Shown here in pieces: positions 1-9,090 of a DNA stretch of 64,000 bases. Made by a program: the position numbers and the translations under genes. Under the pieces are notes generated by a model. It saw only the letters and a program-made list of their open reading frames with translations, did no database searches and was not told where the DNA came from. How positions within the stretch are numbered: position 1 is the stretch's first letter; each line of letters begins with the position of its first letter. Origin of the DNA: Candidatus Curtissbacteria bacterium RIFOXYA1_FULL_41_14 (GTDB taxonomy: Bacteria > Patescibacteriota > Microgenomatia > Curtissbacterales > GWA2-41-24); NCBI GenBank assembly GCA_001775095.1, contig MFCA01000022.1, positions 2,162 to 66,161 on the forward strand, read 5' to 3'.

Positions 1-149
1 AACAGGAGAAGAGGGTAGTAGATCACCATACCATCCCCGCTTAATGATTTTCCCTCAAGAAAGTTTAGATCCTGTCGAAAATAAGTAGGGTAAATTACCA
101 GAACCGACCTCGTTGCCCTGAGTCAAAAAACGCAATTATTGAGCCGAAA

Positions 150-195
150 GTTTGTATGTCACCTTGACATACATGTTACTATGTTATAGTATTCA
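150..195 (+). promoter_or_regulatory. Candidate operator/promoter of the Phd-like gene. Inverted repeat TGTATGTCA-cc-TTGACATACA overlaps a TTGACA-like box, with TATAGT about 14 nt downstream.
   Basis: Palindrome at 154-174 and hexamers read directly in sequence. Antitoxin autoregulation at such palindromes is established for Phd/YefM. Confidence 0.3.
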
Positions 196-200
196 ACTAC

Positions 201-458
201 ATGCTAAACACAATATCGGCAAGACAAATTCAAAGGGAGTATAAAAGGGTCTTACAACTTGCAAATAAGTCCAAAGAGCCAATTGTTGTTATGGCTAATA
301 ATAAACCCCTTGGTGCCATCATCGGCCTTGATCTTTTGGAAAAAATTCAATTAGAACTAGTAGTAAAACAAGCCCTCAAAGAATCAAAATCAAGAAAAAC
401 TAAAGTTATAGAAACTGTGCAGGATTTGGAAAAAGATCTTCAAGAACTTGAAAAATAG
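201..458 (+). CDS. Phd/YefM-family type II antitoxin. No cognate toxin gene is evident downstream.
   Basis: N-terminus MLNTISARQIQREYKRVLQ...EPIVVMANNKPLGAIIGLD fits the Phd/YefM fold pattern. Confidence 0.55.
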   Translation: MLNTISARQIQREYKRVLQLANKSKEPIVVMANNKPLGAIIGLDLLEKIQLELVVKQALKESKSRKTKVIETVQDLEKDLQELEK

Positions 459-512
459 AGATATTGGGAAGCATGATAAATATAGAAGATATTAAATTTC
501 CCCCGAAGCGGA

Positions 513-740
513 ATGAAAATTTTTGTTAAAGCCAAGCCAAGTGCCAAGACGGAAAGTGTCGAAAAAGTTGACGAGACGCACTTTACAGTATCAGTTAAAG
601 AACCGCCGATAAAGGGTTTGGCTAACGCGGCTATCGCCAAAGCGCTTGCCAAGTATTTTGATGTTGCACCCTCCAGCGTCTTTCTTGTCTCCGGTTTTTC
701 GCAAAAGCAGAAAGTGTTTGAGATTAAAAGTTACAGCTAG
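513..740 (+). CDS. DUF167 (YggU/UPF0235) family protein
   Basis: MKIFVKAKPSAK...VKEPPIKGLANAAIAKALAKYF is typical of UPF0235. Confidence 0.5.
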   Translation: MKIFVKAKPSAKTESVEKVDETHFTVSVKEPPIKGLANAAIAKALAKYFDVAPSSVFLVSGFSQKQKVFEIKSYS

Positions 741-815
741 ATTGGGTAATCAGACCAAATTATTCAAATTGCCTATAGTTGGAAAATAAGCATAGTTGGC
801 TTATAATTCCTCTTT

Positions 816-1517
816 ATGTCGCCCGAACGATACAGTACATTACGTTTTCCCAGAGGTTATCATTTGGAAAAAACAGTGACATGGGGTTTATGTTTACAAA
901 GAGATGATAAGGGGGAATTTTTTACATTAGCAAATCGGCATTTTGACAAAATAGATCATTACTTGGGCTATCTACCATCACGGTTTATAGAATTCTTTTT
1001 AGAAAATGCCGGTGGTAGGAGTGTTGACATTTTAGATTTAGGGGCAGGTGTCAATCTGGTCTCGGCTAAGGAAATCTGCAAAAAGTACGGTAGGAAAGTA
1101 CGAGTGACAACGATAGATTTCGTAGTCAACAAGGCTATTAGGCCTGCCAGCGTTGATAGATTGCAAGCTGATGCTGCCCACATTTCTCTGCGAGATAATG
1201 TATTTGAGTTCATATATGCTTTTCAGCTATTAAGTTATATTCAGGAGGATAAACAACTTGAGGTCATAAGAGAAATGGTGCGGGTCTTAAAATCGGGAGG
1301 AGTAGCCCTTCTTGATGACAGTTTACCTTTTGAAACGATAAATCATCAGCTATTTGAATCATTTGGGCCGGTTGCCTATTGCATTCCAAGAGAAGGGAAT
1401 AAGTCCGAGCCAGGACAAGTTGTGTTTGGTGGACCAAGCATTACAACTATGATTATAAAAGAACCCGTGGACCAGAGAATGTACGGAATACGCGAGAGAA
1501 TAATTGGACATATTTAA
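816..1517 (+). CDS. Class I SAM-dependent methyltransferase
   Basis: Motif I DILDLGAGVN and post-motif VLKSGGVALLDD. Confidence 0.55.
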   Translation: MSPERYSTLRFPRGYHLEKTVTWGLCLQRDDKGEFFTLANRHFDKIDHYLGYLPSRFIEFFLENAGGRSVDILDLGAGVNLVSAKEICKKYGRKVRVTTIDFVVNKAIRPASVDRLQADAAHISLRDNVFEFIYAFQLLSYIQEDKQLEVIREMVRVLKSGGVALLDDSLPFETINHQLFESFGPVAYCIPREGNKSEPGQVVFGGPSITTMIIKEPVDQRMYGIRERIIGHI

Positions 1518-1583
1518 TTGATCCTAAGGACTCTAATTATCTAGATTATTAGAGTGAATCAGGTTTGTTTGAGATTAGAAGTA

Positions 1584-2060
1584 CTAATTGAGTGCAAGGA
1601 TTGCGAGGTTGAGGAAGGCAGCGAAGGTTACCCAGAGGATGTAGGGGATAAGAATAAGACCGGCGGGTTTTGATATTTTGTAAAAAGTATAAATCGTTGT
1701 GGCGATTGCCAGCCAGAGAACAATAATTCCCGCAAATGCCAGAGATGGTGATTTTAAGCCGAAGAATAAAAAGGACCATAAAACATTTAAGACAAGCTGA
1801 AATGCAAAGATCAAAAGCGCAACTTGAATTTTCTTTTTAGCAATGCCTTTTTCCCAAATTAAAAAAGCAGAGATTCCCATAGAAAGATAAAGAAGTGTCC
1901 AGACCGGAGCAAAAATCCAGTTTGGAGGATTAAAAGAAGGTTTATTTAAAGTTGCATACCAAGTCGGAATAGCAGAGGAAGTAAAGATCGAACCAATCAC
2001 GCCAGCTAGTTCGACTACAACCACAAAAACCAAAGCGCGGGTTGCTTTCTTTATCCCCAT
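1584..2060 (-). CDS. tspO: TspO/MBR tryptophan-rich sensory protein
   Basis: WYATLNKPSFNPPNWIFAPVWTLLYLSMG and a five-TM pattern. Confidence 0.75.
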   Translation of the reverse strand: MGIKKATRALVFVVVVELAGVIGSIFTSSAIPTWYATLNKPSFNPPNWIFAPVWTLLYLSMGISAFLIWEKGIAKKKIQVALLIFAFQLVLNVLWSFLFFGLKSPSLAFAGIIVLWLAIATTIYTFYKISKPAGLILIPYILWVTFAAFLNLAILALN

Positions 2061-2186
2061 ACTTTAATAATAGATTTTTCCGTAAGAAATTCAAAGAGAA
2101 CTAATCCAAAATATTCAAGATCTAAGAATCCAACGTGCTTAAATGTCCAAACTAAGGTAAAATATATCAAAAGGAGGTGATTTAAT

Positions 2187-2549
2187 TTGAGCGATGATGA
2201 TGATAAATCAAAAACAGATAAAGTTACAGAAGAAGCAGCCGAAGAGGTAAAAGCTGAAGCAGAGGAAGAAGCCGACGAAAAACCGGCGGAAGAAGCGGAT
2301 ACGGAAGAACCAGAAGCGGAGGAATCAGGAGCAGAGAAACCAAAAGCGGAGGAACCAGAAGCTGACAAACCGGCAGAGGATAAAGCAGCATCAACCGATG
2401 CAGTACCTGCGGGAGTTGACCAACAAGGCCGCCAGCTTTACAACGTAAAGTGCAGCAATTGTGGAAAGGATACACAAGTTCCTTTTAAGCCTTCAGGGGA
2501 CAGACCGGTCTACTGCCGAGATTGCTACATGCAAAAGAAAAACTCATAG
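2187..2549 (+). CDS. Acidic (E/D/A/K-rich) protein with a C-terminal CxxC...CxxC zinc ribbon
   Basis: CSNCGKDTQVPFKPSGDRPVYCRDCY at the C-terminus. The N-terminal 80 aa are low-complexity acidic. Confidence 0.45.
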   Translation: MSDDDDKSKTDKVTEEAAEEVKAEAEEEADEKPAEEADTEEPEAEESGAEKPKAEEPEADKPAEDKAASTDAVPAGVDQQGRQLYNVKCSNCGKDTQVPFKPSGDRPVYCRDCYMQKKNS

Positions 2550-2586
2550 TTTTTAAAAGTATACTAATTGGTATATTTTTTTAACT

Positions 2587-2613
2587 AAAGCCTCATACAT
2601 GGGGGCTTTTTTG
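2587..2613 (+). terminator. Candidate intrinsic terminator, a hairpin followed by a T-run
   Basis: AAGCCTCATACATGGGGGCTTTTTT shortly after the stop codon at 2549. Confidence 0.35.
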
Positions 2614-2680
2614 ATATGGCTAAATCAATATTTAGATTATGCTCAGATGGCAAAATTGAAGAAATAATTTCGGGGGATAG

Positions 2681-3331
2681 TTAGTTACCGCTTTCGATAG
2701 CCTCTAAACAGGCAGCTTTGGCCTCGGGGTTAGTAAGCTGGTCACAGAGGGATTGTTGTTGTAGGTTTGTCGTATTTGTGGATTGTGGCGTCGGCATGCT
2801 AAATTCCACAAATTGGATGTTTGACGGAGGTTGGAATTTGGAATTATCAACCGACCAGTTGGAACATTTGTAATCCACTTGGGTATTAGCATCAAAATTT
2901 TGGGTTTGAGCTCCCGGGGTTGGTGTTGGTACATTTTCTTCAACTTTCATCTTTGTTCCTTGGGGCGTTGCCGAGGACCAGGTATAGACCCAGATTCCAT
3001 CTTGGATCATATGACTGTCCATTTCTTGATCCTGGAAGTTAATTGTGAAATCGCCTCTTAATCTTTTATCACCGGCAACATAGACAGTTCCATTTGACGT
3101 TCCTTCGTCTGTTGGATAAGTGATTGTACATGTTACGTTTTTCCCAAGTCCGATAAGGTCCTTGATTGACCCTTTGCTTGTCACTTCTTGGGTCCCTTCT
3201 TCTGTCTGCTGGGAAACAGTGGGTTCTTGAGAGGGCGCTTGAGATTTTTTGGATAGAGTGAAGACTGCGGCTGCCGCAATAATTATAATTACTACTATCA
3301 CTGCTCCAATTATGGGTAGTCGTTTTGCCAT
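2681..3331 (-). CDS. Hypothetical N-terminally membrane-anchored secreted protein
   Basis: N-terminal TM MAKRLPIIGAVIVVIIIIAAAAVF, then a T/S/Q/P-rich linker and a Cys-containing domain. Confidence 0.4.
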   Translation of the reverse strand: MAKRLPIIGAVIVVIIIIAAAAVFTLSKKSQAPSQEPTVSQQTEEGTQEVTSKGSIKDLIGLGKNVTCTITYPTDEGTSNGTVYVAGDKRLRGDFTINFQDQEMDSHMIQDGIWVYTWSSATPQGTKMKVEENVPTPTPGAQTQNFDANTQVDYKCSNWSVDNSKFQPPSNIQFVEFSMPTPQSTNTTNLQQQSLCDQLTNPEAKAACLEAIESGN

Positions 3332-3392
3332 TGGTTTAGAAGTATATCGCTTACATTCATGTTAATCAAGTCTTTAAAAAAGATATATAATT

Positions 3393-3806
3393 TTGTTGAT
3401 GAGTGAGATTCGTGAAGTTCCTAATTTTAGAGCCGATCTCACCCCGCAAGAAAAGGCAAAGTATTTGAAAGAAGCCAAGAGAAGAGCAACAGACGAGAAG
3501 CCTCTATGGGTTAATCTGGGACATGCGGAACTTTTGCCTTGGACTGGGATGGGCGGCCTGATTCCTCAAAAAGGTATATTTGTTGGGGTAAATTATAGCC
3601 GATCAAGAAGCCAAAAAATTCCTCAATCAATTGTTCTTGACTTCACAAGAGTAGTTCCCATTATCGATACTCCCTATGCTAGCTTGCCACTCTCGGCTGT
3701 TGAGATTGACGCTACAAAAGAAGAAATTTGGGTAGATTGCGCAAAAGCCGTGGAGGCTGGAGTCGGCGTTCCTCTTAATCGTTTTATTGAACGTTCGCAA
3801 AATTGA
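3393..3806 (+). CDS. Hypothetical protein
   Basis: Long ORF with coding-like composition and no recognisable motif. Confidence 0.3.
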   Translation: MLMSEIREVPNFRADLTPQEKAKYLKEAKRRATDEKPLWVNLGHAELLPWTGMGGLIPQKGIFVGVNYSRSRSQKIPQSIVLDFTRVVPIIDTPYASLPLSAVEIDATKEEIWVDCAKAVEAGVGVPLNRFIERSQN

Positions 3807-3838
3807 CACTTTCGGTACAAGTGTGTATTTTAAAGTGA

Positions 3839-4165
3839 GTGGATCTTAATAAGAAATACAATCCCGCCCTGGTTGGATTTATTCAGGCGGCGGGGGTATC
3901 TGCCTACTGTGCGTTGGTTTCCGCCTTCTTCTTTTATTTGACAAAAACTAAGGTTACGCCGCCCGGATTTTTTGGTTTTTTCCTGATGCTTGCCTTGCTT
4001 GTTTTTTCAGCGGCGATAACGGGTTCTTTGGTGTTTGGTTACGGTGCATATCTCACCTTGGTTAAAAATAGAATTAAGGAAGCATTTACAATTCTTCTCT
4101 ACACTTTGCTCTTTACACTTCTTATCATTTTAACTACTGTCATCCTGATAGTTTCCTTCGCATAG
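3839..4165 (+). CDS. Hypothetical small membrane protein (three predicted TM helices; GTG start)
   Basis: Hydrophobic helices. Confidence 0.35.
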   Translation: MDLNKKYNPALVGFIQAAGVSAYCALVSAFFFYLTKTKVTPPGFFGFFLMLALLVFSAAITGSLVFGYGAYLTLVKNRIKEAFTILLYTLLFTLLIILTTVILIVSFA

Positions 4166-4184
4166 CTGGGGTTATACCAACAGT

Positions 4185-5246
4185 TTGGTTAAACTTATGA
4201 GGAAGTCTTTGATTGTTTTAGTTATCCTAGTGGTGGTCTCGAGCGCATTTTATTTTTTAAGGCATCGGTCAAATTCAACCTTTACAAGTCCTAATTCCGA
4301 AACTCTCCAACAGAAATCAACGCCTCTTATCAAATACGCCATAGAAGCATTATCTAAAACCAATTTTAATCCCAGTCAAATTTCTCTGGGCGAACTAGTT
4401 AACAGCACGCCCGATTTTACCTCGCGGATATTTTACTTTTATGTTGATCCTTCGATAAACTCAGGACAAGGTAGAAAGGTTAGCGGGCTTATTAATATTC
4501 CCAACAATGGCACAGATTTACCGGTAATTGTGATGTTTCGCGGTTATGTTGATCGGGAAAAGTACCAAACGGGCGTTGGCACTAATCATGCCGGAGAAGT
4601 TTTTGCAAAAAATGGTTTTATTACTTTGGCCCCTGACTTTTTGGGTTATGGGGAATCTGATATGCCTTCTGAAAACCCTATGGAGGAGCGTTTTCAAACC
4701 CATACGACTGCTCTGACTTTGCTTGCGTCGGTTAAAAATTTGAATGCGGCTTTGTCGGAAGCTGGCGTTGCTGCGAGGGCGGATCCTGACAGAATTGCCA
4801 TCTGGGGGCACAGTAATGGAGGCCAAATTGCCCTAACGATTTTGGAAATTACCGGCAAGAGTTATCCCACAGTTCTCTGGGCGCCGGTTTCTAAACCGTT
4901 TCCGTATTCAATCCTTTACTATACTGATGATTTTGATGACCATGGCAGGATGTTGAGAAAAGTCGTTGCCGATTTTGAAAAGGATTATGACTCAGAGGGT
5001 TATTCACTGGCTAGTTATTTTGAAAAGATAAAAGCGCCTGTGCAGTTGCATCAAGGAGGAGCGGACGAAGCAGTTCCCCTGAAATGGTCAGATCAACTTT
5101 ATGAGCAACTTAAAGAACTAGACAGGGATATCCAATACTTTACCTACACCGGCGAAGACCATAATTTTGCCCAAGGCGCCTGGGGACAGGTTGTCAATCG
5201 GAATATTGTGTTTTATCAGAGGCAATTTGGTAGTAATAAAGAGTAA
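4185..5246 (+). CDS. Alpha/beta-hydrolase (S9 peptidase / dienelactone-hydrolase-like), N-terminally anchored. The start may be the ATG at 4197.
   Basis: Nucleophile elbow GHSNGG, a downstream HQGGADEAVP region and an N-terminal TM. Confidence 0.6.
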   Translation: MVKLMRKSLIVLVILVVVSSAFYFLRHRSNSTFTSPNSETLQQKSTPLIKYAIEALSKTNFNPSQISLGELVNSTPDFTSRIFYFYVDPSINSGQGRKVSGLINIPNNGTDLPVIVMFRGYVDREKYQTGVGTNHAGEVFAKNGFITLAPDFLGYGESDMPSENPMEERFQTHTTALTLLASVKNLNAALSEAGVAARADPDRIAIWGHSNGGQIALTILEITGKSYPTVLWAPVSKPFPYSILYYTDDFDDHGRMLRKVVADFEKDYDSEGYSLASYFEKIKAPVQLHQGGADEAVPLKWSDQLYEQLKELDRDIQYFTYTGEDHNFAQGAWGQVVNRNIVFYQRQFGSNKE

Positions 5247-5248
5247 AG

Positions 5249-5638
5249 TTAGTCTCTTATTTTCTTCATTAACTTAATACCGATGTCCGCAAATTTGGCA
5301 CCGCTTGAGGCAACAAACATCATCAAAAGATAAAATAGACCGATATTAATAATACCGTTATAAAGTTCGTCGGGGATGATTTTTGTTTGTGGAAGCTCAA
5401 TTCCTTCAGGCAGGTTTGGGATTGACAGAGAAGTAGTTGGGGCTGTGATATTAAATACTTGCGGAGGTTTTTGAACTCCTGTTAGGATTCTAAATATCAG
5501 TAAAATGCTTGCCGAAATCATTATAATTCCTGCAAAAAGAAGTATTAGGCCGAAGACTTTTTCTAGGTTAAACTGTTTTTTGGGTGAAACTTCTACTTGA
5601 GGTTGAGGTGTTAATGTTGGCAGAGAGTCACTTTGCAT
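5249..5638 (-). CDS. Hypothetical membrane protein
   Basis: Two TM segments, no motif. Confidence 0.3.
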   Translation of the reverse strand: MQSDSLPTLTPQPQVEVSPKKQFNLEKVFGLILLFAGIIMISASILLIFRILTGVQKPPQVFNITAPTTSLSIPNLPEGIELPQTKIIPDELYNGIINIGLFYLLMMFVASSGAKFADIGIKLMKKIRD

Positions 5639-5715
5639 ATAATTTGGTTGGCCTAATCTATTATAACTTTAATCTATATCTTCTGACTATCTCTTAAGGT
5701 AGATAGTTAGTCCTA

Positions 5716-5752
5716 CTCTGAAAAGAGATCCTTCGTCGAGTCAGACTCGACT
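5716..5752. repeat. Mini hairpin repeat AGATCCTTCGTCGAGTCAGACTCGACTCAGGATGAC, palindrome GTCGAGTC-A-GACTCGAC. A second copy lies at 45611-45646.
   Basis: Two near-identical copies read directly. The same hairpin is nested inside the element at 28115-28188. Confidence 0.55.
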
Positions 5753-5765
5753 CAGGATGACAGGA

Positions 5766-5793
5766 CGCGGGCTAGTTGACAAAATTTTTTTCA
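5766..5793 (+). promoter_or_regulatory. Candidate sigma70-like promoter (TTGACA ... TATAAAAAT) for the VOC-family gene
   Basis: Hexamers read directly. Spacing is 12-15 nt depending on which -10 hexamer is chosen. Confidence 0.3.
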
Positions 5794-5864
5794 TAGTATA
5801 AAAATACACCTTTTAAAGAAAGCCCTCCTGCGCTAAAGCTTCGGAGGGTGAAAGGAGGTGAAAT

Positions 5865-6248
5865 ATGAATAAAGTTGTGCATTTTGAAATTCCGGCCGAG
5901 GATTTAGACCGTGCTAATGAATTTTACAAGAGGATCTTCGGTTGGCAAATCAAGGATGTCTCGATGAACGGGATGACATATTTTATTGCGACTACGGTTG
6001 CGACTGATTCCAAGAATATGCCGATGGAAGCTGGAGCGATTAACGGAGGATTGATGAAGCGCTCGAAAGATGTACGCTCTCCGGTTTTTGCGATTGACGT
6101 TGATTCGATAGACGAATACACCAAGAAAATTAAGTCAGCCGGCGGTGAAGTGGTAATGCCTAAGATGCAAGTCGGTGATATGGGATATTACGCGTATGTC
6201 AAAGATACCGAAGGCAATGTTTTCGGTATTTGGGAAACTATAAGGTAA
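5865..6248 (+). CDS. VOC/glyoxalase-bleomycin-resistance family protein
   Basis: VHFEIPAEDLDRANEFYKRIFGW is a typical VOC N-terminus. Confidence 0.6.
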   Translation: MNKVVHFEIPAEDLDRANEFYKRIFGWQIKDVSMNGMTYFIATTVATDSKNMPMEAGAINGGLMKRSKDVRSPVFAIDVDSIDEYTKKIKSAGGEVVMPKMQVGDMGYYAYVKDTEGNVFGIWETIR

Positions 6249-6289
6249 TAAGCGAAGCAGATCTCCGTAATCACTAGATGGACAGGTAA

Positions 6290-6400
6290 GATAGTCTATT
6301 GAAAACTATTATTCTTCGAACAAAGTGAGAAGTCTCACAGTTCTCGCTCCGGAGAGTACCAGCCGGTACCCTCCTACGCTCGAACAATACAATAACGGTT
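6290..6400. mobile_element. MITE-like palindromic element copy A. Core GGAGAGTACC-N-GGTAC(C)CTCC flanked by inverted TTATTCTTCGAACAA / TTGTTCGAGCG arms.
   Basis: Four copies in this window (6290-6400, 24961-25150, 34981-35095, 38245-38350) are alignable by eye in both orientations. Confidence 0.6.
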
Positions 6401-6465
6401 TTCAACAAGCTCAGTTAAGTTACTTCGTGTTTTGTTTGGGCATGAGTGGTAGAATAAATTTGGTA

Positions 6466-6507
6466 ATGCAAAGAGGAATTGCTACCCTTCGACTTCGCTC
6501 AGGGTAA
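6466..6507 (+). CDS. 13-aa upstream stub ORF MQRGIATLRLRSG* that re-encodes the N-terminus of the downstream DUF763-like gene (MHRGIAT) and reads into a CTTCGACTTCGCTCAGGGTAAAC element
   Basis: Codon-by-codon comparison with the start at 6521. The two Arg codons come from different families (AGA vs CGG). Confidence 0.4.
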   Translation: MQRGIATLRLRSG

Positions 6508-6520
6508 ACTTTCAATTTTT

Positions 6521-7696
6521 ATGCACCGGGGAATAGCTACATTTACACTCGATTACGGTAAGTGTCCCAGATGGCTATTTGAGAGGATGGTAAGGCTGGG
6601 GCGGGAAATGACCCAGGTCTTGGTAGATGAATACGGACCCGAGGAGTTTATCAAGCGGATTGCCGATCCGGTTTGGTTTCAGTCTTTGGGAACTGTTTTG
6701 GCTTTTGACTGGAATGCTTCAGGGCTGACCACAATTCTGACCGCCGCTCTTAAAGAAGCGATCCGCGGCCAGGAAAAAGATTTGGGAATTTTTATTTGCG
6801 GCGGCAAAGGCAAAACCTCCAGAAAGACTCCTGATGAAATAACTGGATGGGGAAGCAGGTTGGGGTTGGAGAAGCTAGTAGTTAACAATCTGATTTACAA
6901 CTCCCGAATGTCTGCCAAAGTCGATAGCAGTCTGGTTCAAGATAATTTTCAAATTTATCATCACAGCTTTTTCTTTTCCCGAGGTGGATCATGGACAGTA
7001 GTCCAGCAGGGGATGAATACTGGTAATCAGACTGCTAGACGTTACCATTGGTACAGCGGGGATATTAACGATTTAGTCTGCGAACCTCACAGCGGTATCG
7101 TTTCCCAAGCAAAAATTGACAAAATGTTGAATATGACTGCAAAGGAAAGCGGCAGGACTAGAGATACAAGCGTCGATTTGATTTCGCAAAGCTATGTGAC
7201 CGTAATGCGCGATATTGAAATTTTAAGAAAACACTCTTCAAGTTTGTCGAGAATGATCGCCCTTCGACGACGCTCAGGGCAAGCGTTGAAGCGTAAGAAA
7301 GAAGAATTGGTACTACTTGAGCTTGCAGACAGTGAGTTTAGCTATCACCCGGTTGTAAGTGAGGATTTTTCCAGAAGTAAGTATCTTGAAAAAATTCTTG
7401 CAAAGCTGACTGGAGAGAAACCGAGAACTTATGAGGAACTATTGGCAACAGAGGGTGTTGGGCCAAAAACAATTCGGGCACTGGCACTGGTTTCTGAAAT
7501 TATCTACGGTGCAAAGCCTTCATACGAAGATCCTGCGCGCTACAGTTTCGCCCACGGCGGCAAAGACGCAACGCCTTATCCGGTAGACAAACCGACTTAC
7601 GATCAGACAATCGAGATTTTGAAAAATGCACTCAGAAAGACCAGAATCAGCTCTGTTGAAAAAGACAAAGCTCTTAGAAGACTAGGGAATGGATAG
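6521..7696 (+). CDS. DUF763-like protein. The ORF is open upstream to 6479, but ATG 6521 is the more likely start. The CCTTCGACGACGCTCAGGGCAAGC motif is in-frame at 7258-7284.
   Basis: FDWNASGLTTILTAALKEA and GVGPKTIRALALVSEIIYGAKPSYEDPARYSFAHGGKDATPYPVD resemble DUF763 from memory. Confidence 0.4.
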   Translation: MHRGIATFTLDYGKCPRWLFERMVRLGREMTQVLVDEYGPEEFIKRIADPVWFQSLGTVLAFDWNASGLTTILTAALKEAIRGQEKDLGIFICGGKGKTSRKTPDEITGWGSRLGLEKLVVNNLIYNSRMSAKVDSSLVQDNFQIYHHSFFFSRGGSWTVVQQGMNTGNQTARRYHWYSGDINDLVCEPHSGIVSQAKIDKMLNMTAKESGRTRDTSVDLISQSYVTVMRDIEILRKHSSSLSRMIALRRRSGQALKRKKEELVLLELADSEFSYHPVVSEDFSRSKYLEKILAKLTGEKPRTYEELLATEGVGPKTIRALALVSEIIYGAKPSYEDPARYSFAHGGKDATPYPVDKPTYDQTIEILKNALRKTRISSVEKDKALRRLGNG

Positions 7697-8216
7697 TTTT
7701 ATTTCGCACCAATTGAATCAATTTGCCGGTAAATGGCAAATGGTGGATTTACTGGTAATTTTTATTGCTAATTGGTTGCCGTATATTGCCTCAATATTCC
7801 TTTTTGGAATTTTTATTTGGAGAAAAAAACTTTCAAAAAATGCGCTGGTTTTGGTATTTTTTTCTGTGATTGTAGCTTTGATCGCTCGTCTTCCACTTGT
7901 TTTTTTAATTCAACTTTTTATCAACCGACCTCGGCCGTTCGTAGTTGATAGTCAGATAATCAATATTCTTGGACAACCCTTAACAAGCTCTTTTCCGTCC
8001 GGTCATGCGACCTTCTTTTTTGCCCTTGCAGCAGCTTTGTTTATTTTAGATAAAAGACTTGGCAGTATTTTGTTTTTATTCGTAAGCCTGATGGGACTTG
8101 CCCGAATTGTTGCCGGTGTCCATTGGACAACAGATATACTGGCCGGGGCTTTCTTAGGAATCTCAATAGTGTATCTTGCCTATTTTTCCTCCAGGCATTT
8201 TTTGCCCATCAAGTAA
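7689..8216 (+). CDS. PAP2-superfamily phosphatase (undecaprenyl-diphosphatase / phosphatidate-phosphatase-like)
   Basis: PAP2 motifs SFPSGHATFFFALAAALF and RIVAGVHWTTDILAGAFLG. Confidence 0.7.
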   Translation: MDSFISHQLNQFAGKWQMVDLLVIFIANWLPYIASIFLFGIFIWRKKLSKNALVLVFFSVIVALIARLPLVFLIQLFINRPRPFVVDSQIINILGQPLTSSFPSGHATFFFALAAALFILDKRLGSILFLFVSLMGLARIVAGVHWTTDILAGAFLGISIVYLAYFSSRHFLPIK

Positions 8217-8731
8217 GAAGTTGGCAGAGAATATATGCTAGAATTTGGGGTGAGGTGAATCATTCCCTAAAAACCGGATTTAGTTTTGGTTTGACTTCCG
8301 GCATTATTACAACTTTAGGATTGATGGTAGGGTTGCAAGCAGGGACTCATTCGAAACTGGTGGTTTTAGGAGGAATATTAACAATCGCCGTCGCTGACGC
8401 ATTTTCGGACGCGCTGGGCATCCATATTTCTGAGGAGTCGGAAAATAAGCACACATGTGGAGAAATCTGGCAGTCAACTATTTCTACATTTTTGTCAAAA
8501 TTCATTTTCGCTTCAACATTTGTCGTTCCCGTTTTACTATTTGACTTGACTGTCGCCGTTGTCATTAGCATTATCTGGGGACTGGCACTTCTAGGACTTT
8601 TCAGCTACATTCTTGCAAAAGAGCAAAAAGTGAAACCTCTGAGTGTTATTAGCGAACATTTAATGATTGCAATAGTGGTTATTGTGATAACTCATTACAT
8701 TGGCGACTGGATCGGGTCGACGTTTATTTAA
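8123..8731 (+). CDS. VIT1/CCC1-family membrane protein (candidate Fe/Mn transporter). Start uncertain because the ORF overlaps the PAP2 gene.
   Basis: GLTSGIITTLGLMVGLQAG...LVVLGGILTIAVADAFSDALG pattern and hydrophobic repeats. Confidence 0.45.
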   Translation: MDNRYTGRGFLRNLNSVSCLFFLQAFFAHQVRSWQRIYARIWGEVNHSLKTGFSFGLTSGIITTLGLMVGLQAGTHSKLVVLGGILTIAVADAFSDALGIHISEESENKHTCGEIWQSTISTFLSKFIFASTFVVPVLLFDLTVAVVISIIWGLALLGLFSYILAKEQKVKPLSVISEHLMIAIVVIVITHYIGDWIGSTFI

Positions 8732-8814
8732 TAATCCTCCGATTGACAAAACTCCCGCCTGGTGTTATTATGAATATATATTCAATATACGAAGCTGGAA
8801 AGGTGGTGAAAATC

Positions 8815-9066
8815 ATGCCACGGTTTGATAGAATGGGTCCTTTTGGAGCTGGTCCAATGACCGGCAGGGGCTTTGGGCCTTGTGGTTTGGGTTTGGGTTG
8901 GCATAGGGGTTTTGGTTTCGGTAAAGGTCTGGGAAAATATTTTGGCTGGAGCTGGCCATCTGATCCGAAACAAACGCGTCAAGATCTCAAGGATTACAAA
9001 CAAGCCTTGAAGGAAGAGCTTGAAGAAGTTGAGAAAGAAGAAAAAGGGCTTGAAGCGAAAAAGTAA
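8815..9066 (+). CDS. DUF5320-family small G/P/F-rich protein
   Basis: MPRFDRMGPFGAGPMTGRGFGPCGLGLGWHRGFGFG, then a coiled-coil tail. SD AAAGGTGGTGA precedes the ATG at 8815. Confidence 0.5.
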   Translation: MPRFDRMGPFGAGPMTGRGFGPCGLGLGWHRGFGFGKGLGKYFGWSWPSDPKQTRQDLKDYKQALKEELEEVEKEEKGLEAKK

Positions 9067-9090
9067 ATCCTTTATCTTATTTATAAGCTC

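Noticed and set aside
513-740. Candidate toxin partner for the Phd-like antitoxin
   Set aside because: The product has the DUF167/YggU pattern, not a Doc/YoeB/RelE/ParE toxin fold, and the intergenic gap of ~55 nt is atypically long for a TA pair.
2051-2475. Minus-strand ORFs 2051-2368 and 2224-2475 (S/A- and L/P-rich products)
   Set aside because: They lie entirely antisense to the GAA/GCA-rich acidic-protein gene and are low-complexity mirror translations of its codon repeats. They are judged spurious.
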